The position numbers and the translations under genes are program-made. The notes beneath the pieces are model-generated. The model was given only the letters and a program-made list of their open reading frames with translations. It was not told where the DNA came from and made no database searches. A stretch of DNA of 64,000 bases, from the NCBI RefSeq assembly GCF_009914755.1, contig NC_060948.1, one strand, 5' to 3'. The DNA comes from the human T2T-CHM13v2.0 reference genome, Homo sapiens. Positions 1 through 11,899 of this stretch are shown in pieces; within the stretch, counting starts at the first letter, position 1; the number at the start of each line of letters is the position of its first letter.

Positions 1-372
1 TGCCAAGGATAATTCCTTCCATCTCTATGCATATTCATGCAAAGGACATAACCTCATTTTCTGTTATGGCTGCATAGTAGTCCATGAGTTATATGTACCA
101 CATTTTTTAAATCCAGTCTACCTTGGGACACACTGACTCTAAATGCCCACTGATGAAAATTTAGGTTGATTCTATGTCTTTGCTGTTATAATAGTGCTGC
201 AAAGAACATATGAATTCATGTGTCTTATGATAAAATTATTTATATTCCTTTGGGTATATGCGCAGTATTAAAATTGCTTCAATAAATGGTAATTATGTTT
301 TTAGCTTCTTGAGGAAGTGCCACGCTGCTTTCCACAATGGTTGAACAAATCTATACTTCCACCAGAAATTTG
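1..372 (-). mobile_element. Old LINE-1 ORF2 3' fragment (L1PB/L1MA-like)
   Basis: Reverse-complement L1 ORF2 C-terminal motifs (ttatggctgcatagt, tcctttgggtatat, ttccacaatggttgaac). Confidence 0.85.
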
Positions 373-813
373 TAACAGAGAGAAGTTAGGTAGTTAGGGT
401 GGATCCTTCACAAAAGAAACTCCTTTAAATGGAGAAACAGCCTGAAAAATCAGGCTGCAGGCACAGACAAAAAAACTTGTACAAATTTCAGGCCCACTGA
501 GATGTAAAAAACAAGGCCCAACATAGAAATGCATTTGTTCTTTGTGCCTAAAGACTGGCCCACCACTACACTGATAAGGGAACAAGACCCAACATAGAAA
601 CACCATTGTCCTTTTTGTAACCAGTGGGCTTCCAGAAAATAGTCCCTTCTTCTTTTGTGAGTATATACATGATGGGCTCTCATGGGTTCCAGTGGCCACT
701 TTTCTTTTCTTTTTTGGATATCTTTTGGACTGTGAGCCAAGGAATTACAAATCATCACTTCAGCCTCTGATGGGTCCTGGGCCGTGCTTTTATTTCAACT
801 CCTGATTGGTCCT
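373..813 (+). mobile_element. ERV1-class LTR fragment, truncated on the right
   Basis: LTR-like composition with repeated aacaag.cccaacatagaaa and cctgattggtcc motifs; family not resolved. Confidence 0.5.
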
Positions 814-828
814 GGACATGAAGCTAGA

Positions 829-1254
829 CATGAAACAGGACATGAAGCTAGACAACCAGTTAGACCACAAATTCTCAGAAGGGAGTATGCTTAACCCTAA
901 AGAGGCCTAGAAGAGCTGTGGCAAGATAAGGGATTTTATAGCCCTATCTCATCCATATGAACAGGTGCCACTAATGTGTCCATTTATAGGCTCTCCACAG
1001 GGGTTGCATTCCATTCCCAGAGCTATGAATATCTGCTTTTCTGGGCTAGGAATCTTGGTGATGTGAAGCCTCCCTGACTGCACATCCATTTACAGGCTCT
1101 CCACAGGGGGAATCACATCATGCACTGTTGGCTCATTCTGGCAGCCCAACCTGGCATTGTCTTTACACAATCCCACATGCAATTTTGTGTTTACAATAAT
1201 CAGGAGCATTTCGTCTTTTCTTCTGTAGCAACAGTTTCAGGGGGGTCTCCTTAC
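829..1254 (-). mobile_element. ERVK-class LTR 5' half (MER11D/HML-7-like)
   Basis: Minus strand starts TGTAAGGAGACCCCCTGAAAC, matching a recalled ERVK LTR start; truncated at about 829. Confidence 0.55.
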
Positions 1255-2421
1255 AGAGTCCCACCACTTGGGCTCTGACACCTCAGGGGATGATAATTCC
1301 CATTGCATTTAAGTTCCCTAATTGAGTGACTGTGGTTCCCTTCTGTTTGATCTGGCAGGCAAAGAACTATCACAGATGTGTTCAAAAATGCTGGTGCTTC
1401 CCTCACAAATCTATTTCATAGAGTATGTTTTCTGGGTCCTTCCAATTAGGACAAGTAGGTTTAAAGTGACAAATCTATTCTAGCATTGCAATCTTCCTAA
1501 GTTTTGGATCCCTTCATGAGTCACACTCTGAACCTCACTTCTAGGGACCTGCGGGGACTTGAGTTTAGTTCATGTCTAGAAGCAAGGAGAATTGGTAGAT
1601 GTGGGTTCTGAGGAGAATCAGCATTGTGTTGTCTGGCAACTATCTCAGGGAAGACCATTGCTTTTTTCCTTAGGCAATGCAGGGTTAATCTCTTCATAGA
1701 TGGAAAGGCTGATGGCAACTTGGGTGGGGTAAGAAATGTTGCCCACCACTGGAGCTGGGGAGGCTGCTTTTCTCTGGCAAAGAATTCTCATCAGAATTTA
1801 GCAGCTCAGTAACCCCAAAATCATCTGGGTCCTCACACATGTCCCCATCCCATGTTACAGAGTCCCATTTTAACCTAATCAGTGCTCTCTCTTTAACAGT
1901 AGACACTTGGTGAGCCTGAGCATCCACTTTTCACTGTAGGTCAGCCACTTGCATGATAAGAACTTGTGTCTGATTTTCCTCAATTTCAGCCATTTGTCTA
2001 CAGAAGACGAGATTCTTTCCATGGGCAATCTTAAAATACTTGAGGTTAAACATGTGCTTCTGGAGGCAGGAGACATAATCCATGAGCTCATCCTTTTCTT
2101 TCATCACTTCATTCAGCAAACTGATGCACAGCCAACCAACTTCACTATATTCATTTGTTGCCACAAATGTTCAAAAGTATCATGTGTAGAGTCACTAAAA
2201 TCTTTCCCCCTCAGTAGTGGTGAATCAGGAACATTGAATCCATTTATTTTGCACAATCAATTGATTCGCATCAAGGAATATCAGTATTTATAGTACTTGA
2301 AGCAGAGTCCTTAGAATTTTAGAGCTAATCAGAGTAAAGAGCCAACTCCAGAAACCTTAAACCAACTAAAGAAATTCATTCTTAGGATGTTGTTTTATAG
2401 ACCACTTCTGGTACCAAAATC
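1255..2421 (-). mobile_element. gag: HERV-L internal region (leader and degraded gag)
   Basis: Minus-strand peptide WDSVTWDGDMCEDPDDFG resembles ERV-L Gag WDPATWNGDVWEDPDEAG; adjoins an MLT2 LTR through an ERV-L PBS. Confidence 0.85.
2401..2416 (-). promoter_or_regulatory. HERV-L primer binding site (tRNA-Leu type)
   Basis: TGGTACCAGAAGTGGT on the minus strand just inside the MLT2 LTR. Confidence 0.7.
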
Positions 2422-2984
2422 TGTATTAGTTAGGATTATCCAGAGGGATAGAAGTAATAGGATATATGTATACATGAAAGGGAGTTTATTAGGGAGATGG
2501 CGTCCCATGATAGTCCATCTGCAAGCTGCAAAAAGAGAAGCTACTTGGGACTCAATCCCAAGTGCAAAAGCCTCAAAACCAGGGAAGAAAACAGTGCAGC
2601 CTTTAGTCTATGGCTGAGGACTCAAGAGCCCCCAGCAAGTCACTAGTGTAAGTCCTAGAGTCCAAAAAGGCAAAGAACCTGGAGTCTGATGTCCAAGAAC
2701 AGGAGAGGTATGAGGAAGCATCCAACACAAGAAAATAAGGAAGTGAGAAGTCTGAGCAAACAAAGTTATTTCACCTTCTTTCACCAGATTTGTTCTGGAC
2801 CTGCTGGCAACTGATTGTATGGTACCTATCTACACAGAGACTGGGTCTTCATCTCACAGTTTGCCAACTCAAACATCAGTCTCCTCTGTTAACACTTTCA
2901 CAGAAAAACTCAGAAACAATACTTTACCAGCTATCTATGCATCCTTATATCTAATTAAGTTGACACCTAATACTAACTATAATA
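2422..2984 (-). mobile_element. MLT2 LTR (5' LTR of HERV-L)
   Basis: tgtattagttagg...gggagtttatt...aagttgacacctaatactaactataata matches the MLT2A/B reverse complement. Confidence 0.85.
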
Positions 2985-2999
2985 CCTGGGTTTTAACTC

Positions 3000-3806
3000 C
3001 CTCTGGGAGAGTGTGCAAGTTCTAGGATCCTGGATATTCCACTACCAAATCCACCAAAAGGGACATCCAATCATGTCTCCCACATGATAGAGTATAAGCC
3101 TATTAGTATCCTATATTATATGATAATTGCATAGTATAATATAGTGATGGTAATAGTATTTGGGCATACATCCTATTACTTGCTACTTCTACCAGAAAGC
3201 ACCAACTGCTGGCTTGGAGGCTGGCTAGTGCAGATCCTTGCAACAATTCCTGGCAAGTAGGACAGTGGTTGGGAACTAGGAGAGCAATTCATAATCACTG
3301 CTTTCACTATCACACATTACACTATGGATGTGGAAAAGATCAAGAGCCTATTTATCTATCTGATACTCTGCTACTGCAACCAGCATCTGAGAAAACACTC
3401 AGAGGGCCAAGAACGAGGCTACCTGAAACTTTTAGCACAGGTGCCAGCATGCACTTTCCTGAATCACTAGGATAGAGAGCCTTAGCTTACCACCAATGCC
3501 ACTGAAATCTGAACGTGTCCCATTAAGCATTCCAGTCTTCAGCACAACTTTAATACAGTACTGACCAATGACTGCACTCTAACACATTGAGGAATTCAAG
3601 AATATCACTAAGACTATTTATAGCCAAGAAAATAATATAGTCTTCACCACTGCCCACATCAGAGGCAAAGCCAAATGTTCCTACCCAACAAACATTGTAG
3701 TCACATCTTCAAGAAAATAGTCCCCAAATCAATGAAAGTAAATTCAAAAATAAGAGAAAGTAGCTGTTGCACCATGTGCACATATATCAATGTAAAAATG
3801 CACAAA
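3000..3806 (+). mobile_element. Old L1 (L1PB/L1M-type) 5' region
   Basis: Runs on into ORF1-like sequence at 4937 once the nested L1 and its TSD are removed; left boundary approximate. Confidence 0.6.
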
Positions 3807-4926
3807 GTAATGATGGGCTTTTTTTCATATGTTTTTTGACCATGTAAATGTCTTCTTTTGAGAAGTGTCTGTTCATATCCTTCACCCACTTTTTGATTTT
3901 TTTTTTGTAAATTTTTTTAAGCTCCTTGTAGATTCTGGAAATTAGACCTTTGTTAGATGGATAGATTGCAAAATTTTTTCCCATTCTGTAGATTGCTTGT
4001 TCACTCTGCTGATAGGTTCTTCTGCTGTGCCAAAGCTCTCTAGTTTAATTAGATCCTACTTGTCAATTTTGGCTTATGTTGCAATGCTTTTTGTATTTTA
4101 GTTTGAAGTCTTTGCCCATGCGTATGACCTGAATGGTATTGCCTAGGAAATGCAAATCAAAACCTCAGTGAAATACCACCTCATGACAGTTAAGATGATG
4201 ACCATTAAAAAGTCATAAAATGACAAATGTTGGCAAGACTGTGGGGAAACTGGAATGCCTTTACACTGTTGGTAGAGAAACAGGAACATTTTTACACTGT
4301 TTTTGGGAGTATAAATTAAGTCAACCATTATGGAAGACAGTGTGGAGATTCCTCAAGGTTCTAGAACTGGAAATACCACTTGACCCAGCAATCCCATAAC
4401 TGGGTATATACTGAAAGGGTTATAAACCATTCTACTATAAAGACATGTGCACATGTATGTTTATTGCAGCACTATTTACAATAGCAAAGACATGGAATCA
4501 ACCCAAATGTCCATGAATGATTGACTGGATAAAGCAAGTGAGGCACATATACACCATGGAATGCTATGCAGCCATAAAAAAATGAGTTCATGTCCCTTGA
4601 AGGGACATTAATGAAGCTGGAACCTATCATTCTCAGCAATTAATACAGGAACAGAAAACCAAACACTGCATGTTTTCAATCACAAGTGGGAATTGAACAA
4701 TGAGAACACATGGACAAAGAGAGGGGAACATCACACACTGGGGCTTGTTGGGGGTTGGGGGGATGGGGAAGGAGAGCACTGGGACAAATACCTAATACAT
4801 TTGTGTCTTAAAACCTAGATGATGGGTTGATAGGTGCAGCAAACCACCATGGTACATGTATACCTATGTAACAAACCTGCACATTCTGCACATGTAACCT
4901 AGAATATAAAGTAAAATAAAAAGAGG
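3807..4926 (+). mobile_element. 5'-inverted (twin-primed) L1PA: inverted ORF2 segment 3807-4147, sense 3' end 4148-4926
   Basis: The two segments are adjacent in the L1 consensus; A-rich tail; TSD aatgcacaaa at 3797-3806 and 4927-4936. Confidence 0.88.
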
Positions 4927-4936
4927 AATGCACAAA

Positions 4937-5525
4937 ACATAAAGGGAATGTAATACTAAACCCTCAAATGAACACAATAACTCTCCAGCTGTTCCTAACC
5001 AAAAGGAAATTCTAAAAATGCCAGGTAAAAAATTCAAAATATTGATTTTAAAAAGCTCAATGAGATAAAGAGAAATCTGGAAACCAATAAAAATCAATCA
5101 CAAAATTAATTTAGGATACGAATAAGAAATCTACCAAGGAGATAGATACGTTTTTTTAAAACAAAAAACCCCAGAAATTCTAAAATAGAAAAACTCATTG
5201 AAGGAATAATGGAATATATTTGAAACCTTCAAAAATAGACTAGAACAAGCAGAAGAATCTCAGAACTTGAAGACTGATGTTTGAAAATGATATAGTCAGA
5301 CAAAAATTCAAAAATAAAAATAGAAGATAATGACCAAAGCATTTAAGATGTTTGGGACTCACAAATTGACCAAATTTACATATTATCCTAAGAGAAAAAA
5401 AGACTATTTAAGGTTTATAAAACTTATCTAATGAAATAATTGATGAATATTTCCAAGTCTAGCAAGATATTCAGAACTTCAGATACTGAAAACCAGCAGT
5501 TCTCTGGAAAATACATTACAACAAT
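4937..5525 (+). mobile_element. Old L1 ORF1 fragment (host of the twin-primed L1)
   Basis: ORF1 coiled-coil-like sequence (aatagactagaacaagcagaagaatctcagaacttgaagac). Confidence 0.75.
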
Positions 5526-5529
5526 TTAT

Positions 5530-5987
5530 CAGGATCAGCTGCTCTCTTCAGAGCTGCCAAGCAAGAAAGATTCAGCCTGCTGAACCTGCACCCACAGCTG
5601 CCCCTCTACTGAGGCATTCTGTCCCAGGGAGGTGAGAGTTTATCTGTAAGCCCCTGATTGGGGCTGCTATATTTCCTTCAGAGATGCTGTGCCCAGTAAG
5701 GGGGAGTCTAGAGAAGCAGTCTGGCCAAAGCTGCTTTGCTGCACTGTGGTGAATTCCACCCAGTACAAACTTCACAGTCTCCTTAGCACCATCAGGGGAA
5801 AACCACCTACTAAAGCCTCAATATTGGCAGATCACCTCCCCGCACCAAGATCGATTGTCTCAGGTCACCTCCAGACTGCTGTGCGGGCAGTGAGAATGCC
5901 AAGCCAATGGTTTTTAGCTATCTGGGCTCTGTTGGAGTGGGACCTGCTGAGTGAGACCACTTGGCTCCCTGGCTTCAGTCCCCTTTC
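5530..5987 (-). mobile_element. L1PA 5'UTR fragment (antisense)
   Basis: Homologous to the L1 5'UTR at 50730-51050 in this window (gctctcttcagagctgcc...ttcagagatgc). Confidence 0.8.
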
Positions 5988-6441
5988 TGTAAGAGTTTGG
6001 TTAGAGTGGTGGGAGAAACTATGGAGAAAGGACCAGGCCATCTGAAAAGTCAGAAGACTCTGCATAACTCTGGGGGAGAATAAGCTGAAGGCAGCTCTTC
6101 TCTGGCCTTGAGGAAGAGGACAAGGAGTAGATACAATGAAGTAAAGGGGATCTTATCTTAAACCGGCCTATTTACTTATATTGACCAGGAACCAACATTT
6201 GATAATCCATGCACATGAGGTTCCCTGAAAAGGAAACAATGAATGTTAATTATCTGCAGATTGTGTTTGCTCCAGGCTTTTGGCATTAGGCCTGAAAAGC
6301 AAGCAGCTCCAGCTTATCAGTGCTACTACACTTTGGCCACTAGAACCCAACAGACCCCTAGCTGCTCTTACACTGCATACCTGTGTCTGAGTACTCCTTT
6401 CATCATCACTCAGCCATGGTCTGCAGGATGGAGCAGGCAGG

Positions 6442-6459
6442 TGGTGCCCCATGTGAGGA
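6442..6459 (+). promoter_or_regulatory. PBS complementary to elongator tRNA-Met
   Basis: TGGTGCCCCATGTGAGGA versus the tRNA-Met 3' complement TGGTGCCCCGTGTGAGGA (one CpG transition). Confidence 0.85.
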
Positions 6460-6579
6460 ACACTGCAGTGGATCACAGTGAAATCCTCAAAAGCAAAAGT
6501 GAAGTGACTACTCAGTAAGTAATTGGTTCCCACTTGGGATTTCCAAGTTTGAAGGGGATTTTCAAGTTAGGCTTTTATC

Positions 6580-7395
6580 ATGGGACAACAGTTATCAGCT
6601 CAACAGCAACAGTATATAAAAGTATTGAAACAGCTGTTTAAATCTAGCAAAGTCTTGGTCTCAGAGGCTCAATTAAGGGACCTAATGAAAACTGTTGTTT
6701 TCCATAACCTATGGTTCCTGGATGAAGGCACACTAGACCTAGAGCTCCAGGAACAAATGGGGAGAAATCTTAAGCAACATCATGCATAAGGATAATGGGC
6801 CCCAGTAACATCTTTAGCGTTATGGGCTTTATTCAGGCTGCTTTTTCTCCAGTGAACACAGAATAACCTAAAAAAGGAAGGTAAGAGGAACCATCACCTA
6901 CCTTACCACCTCCTCCTCCCTCAGCCCTGCTGTTACTGGGTAAAGCTGTCAGGAAGGAGACAGAGATTTTCCCTGAGCCTCTACTGCCAGTAAATTGGAA
7001 AAAGACAAGGGATACACTACAGTTATGGAACTCTGTCTTAGGCTAGCAGCATTAGAAGGGAAACTCTTGGCCTGCCTAGAGATGCAAAATCAACCAGGTA
7101 ATTGGGTACATGAGCCCATTATTTTCAACACTTATAAAGAAATAAGAAAAAGCATTAGAGAAAATGGAGTGGCTATCCCATTTACAAAAAGATTAATTGA
7201 GGCCGTAACAGACAACTTCCTTGTGATCCCATGGGACTGGTCAGTGCTAGCTAAAACAACTTTAGAGGCCAATCAATACCTCCTCTGGATGAATTATGAT
7301 GAGTTGAATATGATGAGTTGTGTGAACAACAAGCCAACCAGAATCAATGGGCTGGGCAAAACATAATAGCTTCAATGCTCAAGGGGAGGGGTCCT
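6580..7395 (+). pseudogene. gag: HML-5 gag (MA and partial CA), with stops, frameshifts and deleted C-terminus
   Basis: MGQQLSAQQQQYIKVLKQL; capsid-like PWDWSVLAKTTL. Confidence 0.85.
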
Positions 7396-7489
7396 ATGTT
7401 AATATATAACCTGTAATCACACCCATCCCTGTTAATTGTTGGGGATGGGACCTATTAGCCCAATGAGAAGGCACTCTGCAGACCTCTTT

Positions 7490-9965
7490 CTAATACTAAC
7501 CACAGTGGTGATCCTCCCCTACCCCTCACATAGCTCTTTCAAGATGCAATTTGGGTAGAACAGTGGCCTTTAAAGGGAGAGAAATTACAATGAGCTCATG
7601 AATTAGTTGAGTAACAGTTAAAATCTGGCCATATAGAACCATCAAACAGCCCTTGGAATTCACCCACTTTTAATCACTCCCAAAAGTCTGGTAAATGGAG
7701 ACTTTTACATGACTTGTGTGCTATTGATGCTAATTTGCAACCTATGGGGCCCCTTCAACAGAAGCTCCCTTTGCCCATGGCAATTCTTCAAGATTGGCTT
7801 ATAGTCACTATTGACTTAAAAGACTGTTTTTTATACTATTCCCCTTGTAAAACAGGACAGAGAAAAATTTGCATTTACAATACCAGCTATCAATAATGAA
7901 AGGCCAGCTCACTGATTTTATTGGAAAGTACTTCCTCAAGGAATGCCAAACAGTGTCAGTATCATGTAAATCAGGGTTTGCTCCCCAGAAAAAAAGAATT
8001 TCCTAAATTCAAGATCATCCATTATATGGATGATATCTTACTGGGAGCCCCAGTGGAGCCAATACTTTTGAGTTTATATACCTCTGTCAAAAGGAATACA
8101 CAGTTAAGAGGTTTAATCATAATACCTGAAAAGGTAAAGGTGTCCTCCCCTTGAAAAAATCTTGATACATACTAACCTCCCAGTCAGTAAGACCTCAGAA
8201 TATTAAATTGAATACTACAAACTTACACACCTTAAATGATTATTAAAAATTACTGAGTGATATTAACAGGCTTTGTCCTACCTTGGACATAACTACTGAT
8301 AAATTACAGAACCTGTTTTCTCTCCTAAAGGGCAATGCAGCCCTGGACTCTCCCAGGTATTTAACCTCTGATGCAAAATGGGAAAGTGAGGAAATAGAGC
8401 AAGCTATTAGATCACATAGACCCATGATATTCAGTCCGATTATTTGTATTTCATACTAAACATTCCCCAACAGGATTAATAGGACAGAGGGCCCCAGGGC
8501 TATGCTTCCTAGAATGGGTTTTTTGCTTACATACTGGGACTAAAACACTATCCCCCCTATAGCCAGCTAATTGATAAAGTCATCTATACAGGCCACAAAT
8601 GATGCAATCAATTGCAAGATTAAGACCCTGATATCATAAGAATTCCCTTGAGTAAAAAACAATTCAAAGCAGTCCTGCCCGTATCTCTAGACCTTCAGAT
8701 AGAACTCTCTGATTATGTGGGCCATATAGAACATGGCCTTTCCACTGAAAAACTACTCCAGTTCTTATTTCATACTCCTGTAGTTATGCCTACAAAGGTA
8801 GTTCACTCCCCCATACCTAACACTTTAATGACCTTCACTGATGCCTCTGGCAAAAATGGAAAAGCAGTTATCTGGTGGGAACCACATAACTCCCTCACTC
8901 AATCTGGATTTACTACCACTCAGAGAGCTGAGATTGGAGCCCTAATATTTGTCCTGCAAACATTTTTCACTCAGCCAATCAATATTGTTAGTGACCCTGT
9001 TTACTCTGTTTATTTATTGTAAAACCTTGAAACAGCCCTCATTAAGTCCACTCTTGAGCCCACTCTGTGTGCCCTTTTTCTTTGACTTCAAGAAAGATGG
9101 ATCAATGAACACATTCTATTTTTATTACACCCATTTGGGCCCACAGCCTGCAGCCTGGTAAACTAGTTCATGGTAATGATCAAGCAGACCTGCAGGTTCT
9201 GATGTTACTGCTTGACCAAGCCACCCAATTACATCAATTTTTCTAACAGAAATGGAGAAATTTATCTAAACAATTTCAGTTAACCTAAACACTAGCTAAA
9301 AAGTTATCCTGCAATGCCCAGATTGCCAGCTCACAATCACTTCCTCTCCTTCAACAGGTGTTAACCCTAGAGGACTAGAACCTAATCATTTATGGCAAAC
9401 AGATGTTACTCAAGTCCCTGAATCTGGAAAAGTAAAATATGTACATGTATCTGTTGATATTAATTCCCACCTAATTAACACTCATGCTCTTGCTGGAGAG
9501 TTTGCCCAATATGTCATTAAACATCTTCTCTTAACGTTTGCATTTATGGGGCACACCACAAAAATTAAAACTGATAATGGTCTGGCTTACACTAGCTCAG
9601 AATTTCACCAATTTTGCCACACGTGGAAAGTCCAACTTTCCATGGGTATCTCATATAACTCTGAAGCACATACCATAGTGGAATATGCCCATTCCACAAT
9701 TAAAAGTATACTCAGAAAACAAAAAAGGGGAAATATGAGTAAGGATCCTGAAACACTACTGGCACAAGACTTATTTACCTTTAACTTCTTAAATTTAGAT
9801 GATAAATTTCAATCAGCCATAGAAAAATATTTTGTAAAAGTCCCTCTATACATAAAACCTGTGGTGCTATGCAAAGATGTAAATAGTAATGTATGGTGTG
9901 GTCCAAATAATTTGCTAATGTGGAGAGGAGGATATGCCTGTGTTCACAACCCCTCAGGTCCTTTT
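7490..9965 (+). pseudogene. pol: HML-5 pol (RT/RNase H/IN), disrupted
   Basis: [28 protein letters not shown] and KTDNGLAY motifs in broken frames. Confidence 0.9.
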
Positions 9966-11058
9966 TGGGCATGGCATGGCTGGGACCCAACCCAGTACCA
10001 GAAATGAAAAACATGACCCTGCAGGACCCACAGCCCTGGACAATGTGGCTTCCTCAGACAACACAGGTCCCAGATATTATGCTGAAGAAGACTACTCAGG
10101 AGGCTGAGTGAATCCTGCTTTGGACACAAACACCATTCATACTAGAAAATTTCTTCCTTGCTGTGCTTTCTGTTGTACATTGCAACTCTCTTAGGGTATT
10201 AACCTTTCTTATTCTCTTACTTTGCCCACAAACCACACCTGCTGCTCTCTACCGGGCCCATTTTCTAGATCTGCCTTTTCCCCACGCTGTTACTTTTGCA
10301 GACACCCCCATCTAACTGTGTAACTGCCCGGCTTGCTGGGAGGGGTTGACATACCCTCAGTGGGGTTCCTTAGTAGTGACACACATTGGACTGAGGTGTC
10401 AAGTAACACTGCACATCACTTCTTGATTGAAAAATAATAATACTGATTATATTCATGATTGTCTTATATTATTTGCTATATCTAGGATGCAAAGCCAGAG
10501 CATGAGCTGTAACTACTGTGCCTGTCAAGCTGGTCACTGTACACATCTGTACTCTTCAATCAATAAAACCTGATGCAAAAAGCAGAAAGGGGGGAGATGT
10601 AGGAGATTAGTCAGAGTGGTGGGAGAAGCCAGGGAAAGGAGCAGGCCTTCTGAAATGTCAGAAGGCTCTGCATAGCTTCAAGGGAGAATAAGCTGAAGAC
10701 AGCTTTTCTCTTACTCTGAGGCAGAGGGTGAGAAATAGGTACAAGGGAGTGTGGGGAAATTTATCTTAAATAGGCTTGTTTACTTATGTTGTCTGAAAAC
10801 TGACCTTTGATCATCTGCCTGTGTGACTGTTCCCTGAAAGGGGGGACAATAATCTTGATTACCCACAGATTGTGTTTGCTCCAAGCTTTTGGCATCCTGT
10901 CTGATTGAATAAAAGCAAGAAGCTCTAGCTGTTTTGGGACTGCTCACTCTTTGGCCACCAATACTTGGTGGTCCCCTAGCTGCTCTTGCACTGCATACCT
11001 GTGTCTGAGTACTCCTTTCATTCATTGCTCAGCCAGGGTCTGCACAACAGACCTGCCA

Positions 11059-11255
11059 TCACAGGACCTATAAAACAAAAATACAACAATAAAAAAGGCC
11101 CACAAGAAACAAATGTCATGATGAATGGAATAGTACCTCACCTCTCAATACTAACATGGAATGTAATTGGGCTAAATGCTCCAGTTAAAAGATATGGAAG
11201 TGCAGAAGAGATAAGAATTAAACAAAACCTCTCTGTTGCCTTCAATAGACTCAGC
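11059..11255 (+). mobile_element. Old L1 inter-ORF region and ORF2 endonuclease start
   Basis: Encodes HLSILTWNVIGLNAPVKR followed by a CCLQETH-like motif, interrupted by LTR14B. Confidence 0.8.
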
Positions 11256-11899
11256 TGTTGGGGTGATAAGAACCAACACCAGGTTGTGGGGGCTATGAAG
11301 TCCTGTTGAGTCAAAGGAATGAGACAAGACAAGTTAAGAATACAGAGAGTGGGTCTGGGGCCAATGTCTAGTATGGAGGCTATGGAGGCCCCGAGCTCTA
11401 GGAGCCCACACTATTTATTGGAATTAAACAAAGAAGCAGGTGGTGAGGACTTGCAGACGTCGGGGTAGACAGGTGAGGATGTGAGGACAGGGGGGTAGAA
11501 AGGTAGTGGTGAATCAAGCATAGATGTGATGGTTTAGTGTATGCTCTGCTATTTGAGATAAGGGAGAATAGGTTCTTCTAATTCAAGGTACAACCAATTT
11601 ATAGTCTTCAGAGAGCAAGGAGCAAGGGGCCAGCAAGTCTGGACACATTCCAGAGGCTACAAGGTGTTTTATGCCCTGAACTCTGGGTTCTATCCAAGCC
11701 ACAAAGGGTTTCATGCCCTGGGCTCAGATTGTATTGTGGTAGGGCAGCCTTCCACCCTTTGGCACAGAGCTTGGTGTTCCATAGTCCACAAGGGGTTTTA
11801 GACCTTGGACCCAGGACATGTTCCAAGACTTTTTTACATTAAGTCAGACAAGCAAGCCCTGCCTCAGCTCTTCTGCCAACATGTCTCCCTTTTCTGTTC

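Larger units (their letters stand above)
5988..11058 (+). mobile_element. HERV-K(HML-5)/HERVK22 provirus, internally deleted, LTR22 at 5988-6439 and 10598-11058
   Basis: TG...CA LTRs, tRNA-Met PBS, gag MGQQLSAQQQQY, RT HYMDDIL, integrase, PPT aaaggggggaga. Confidence 0.9.
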
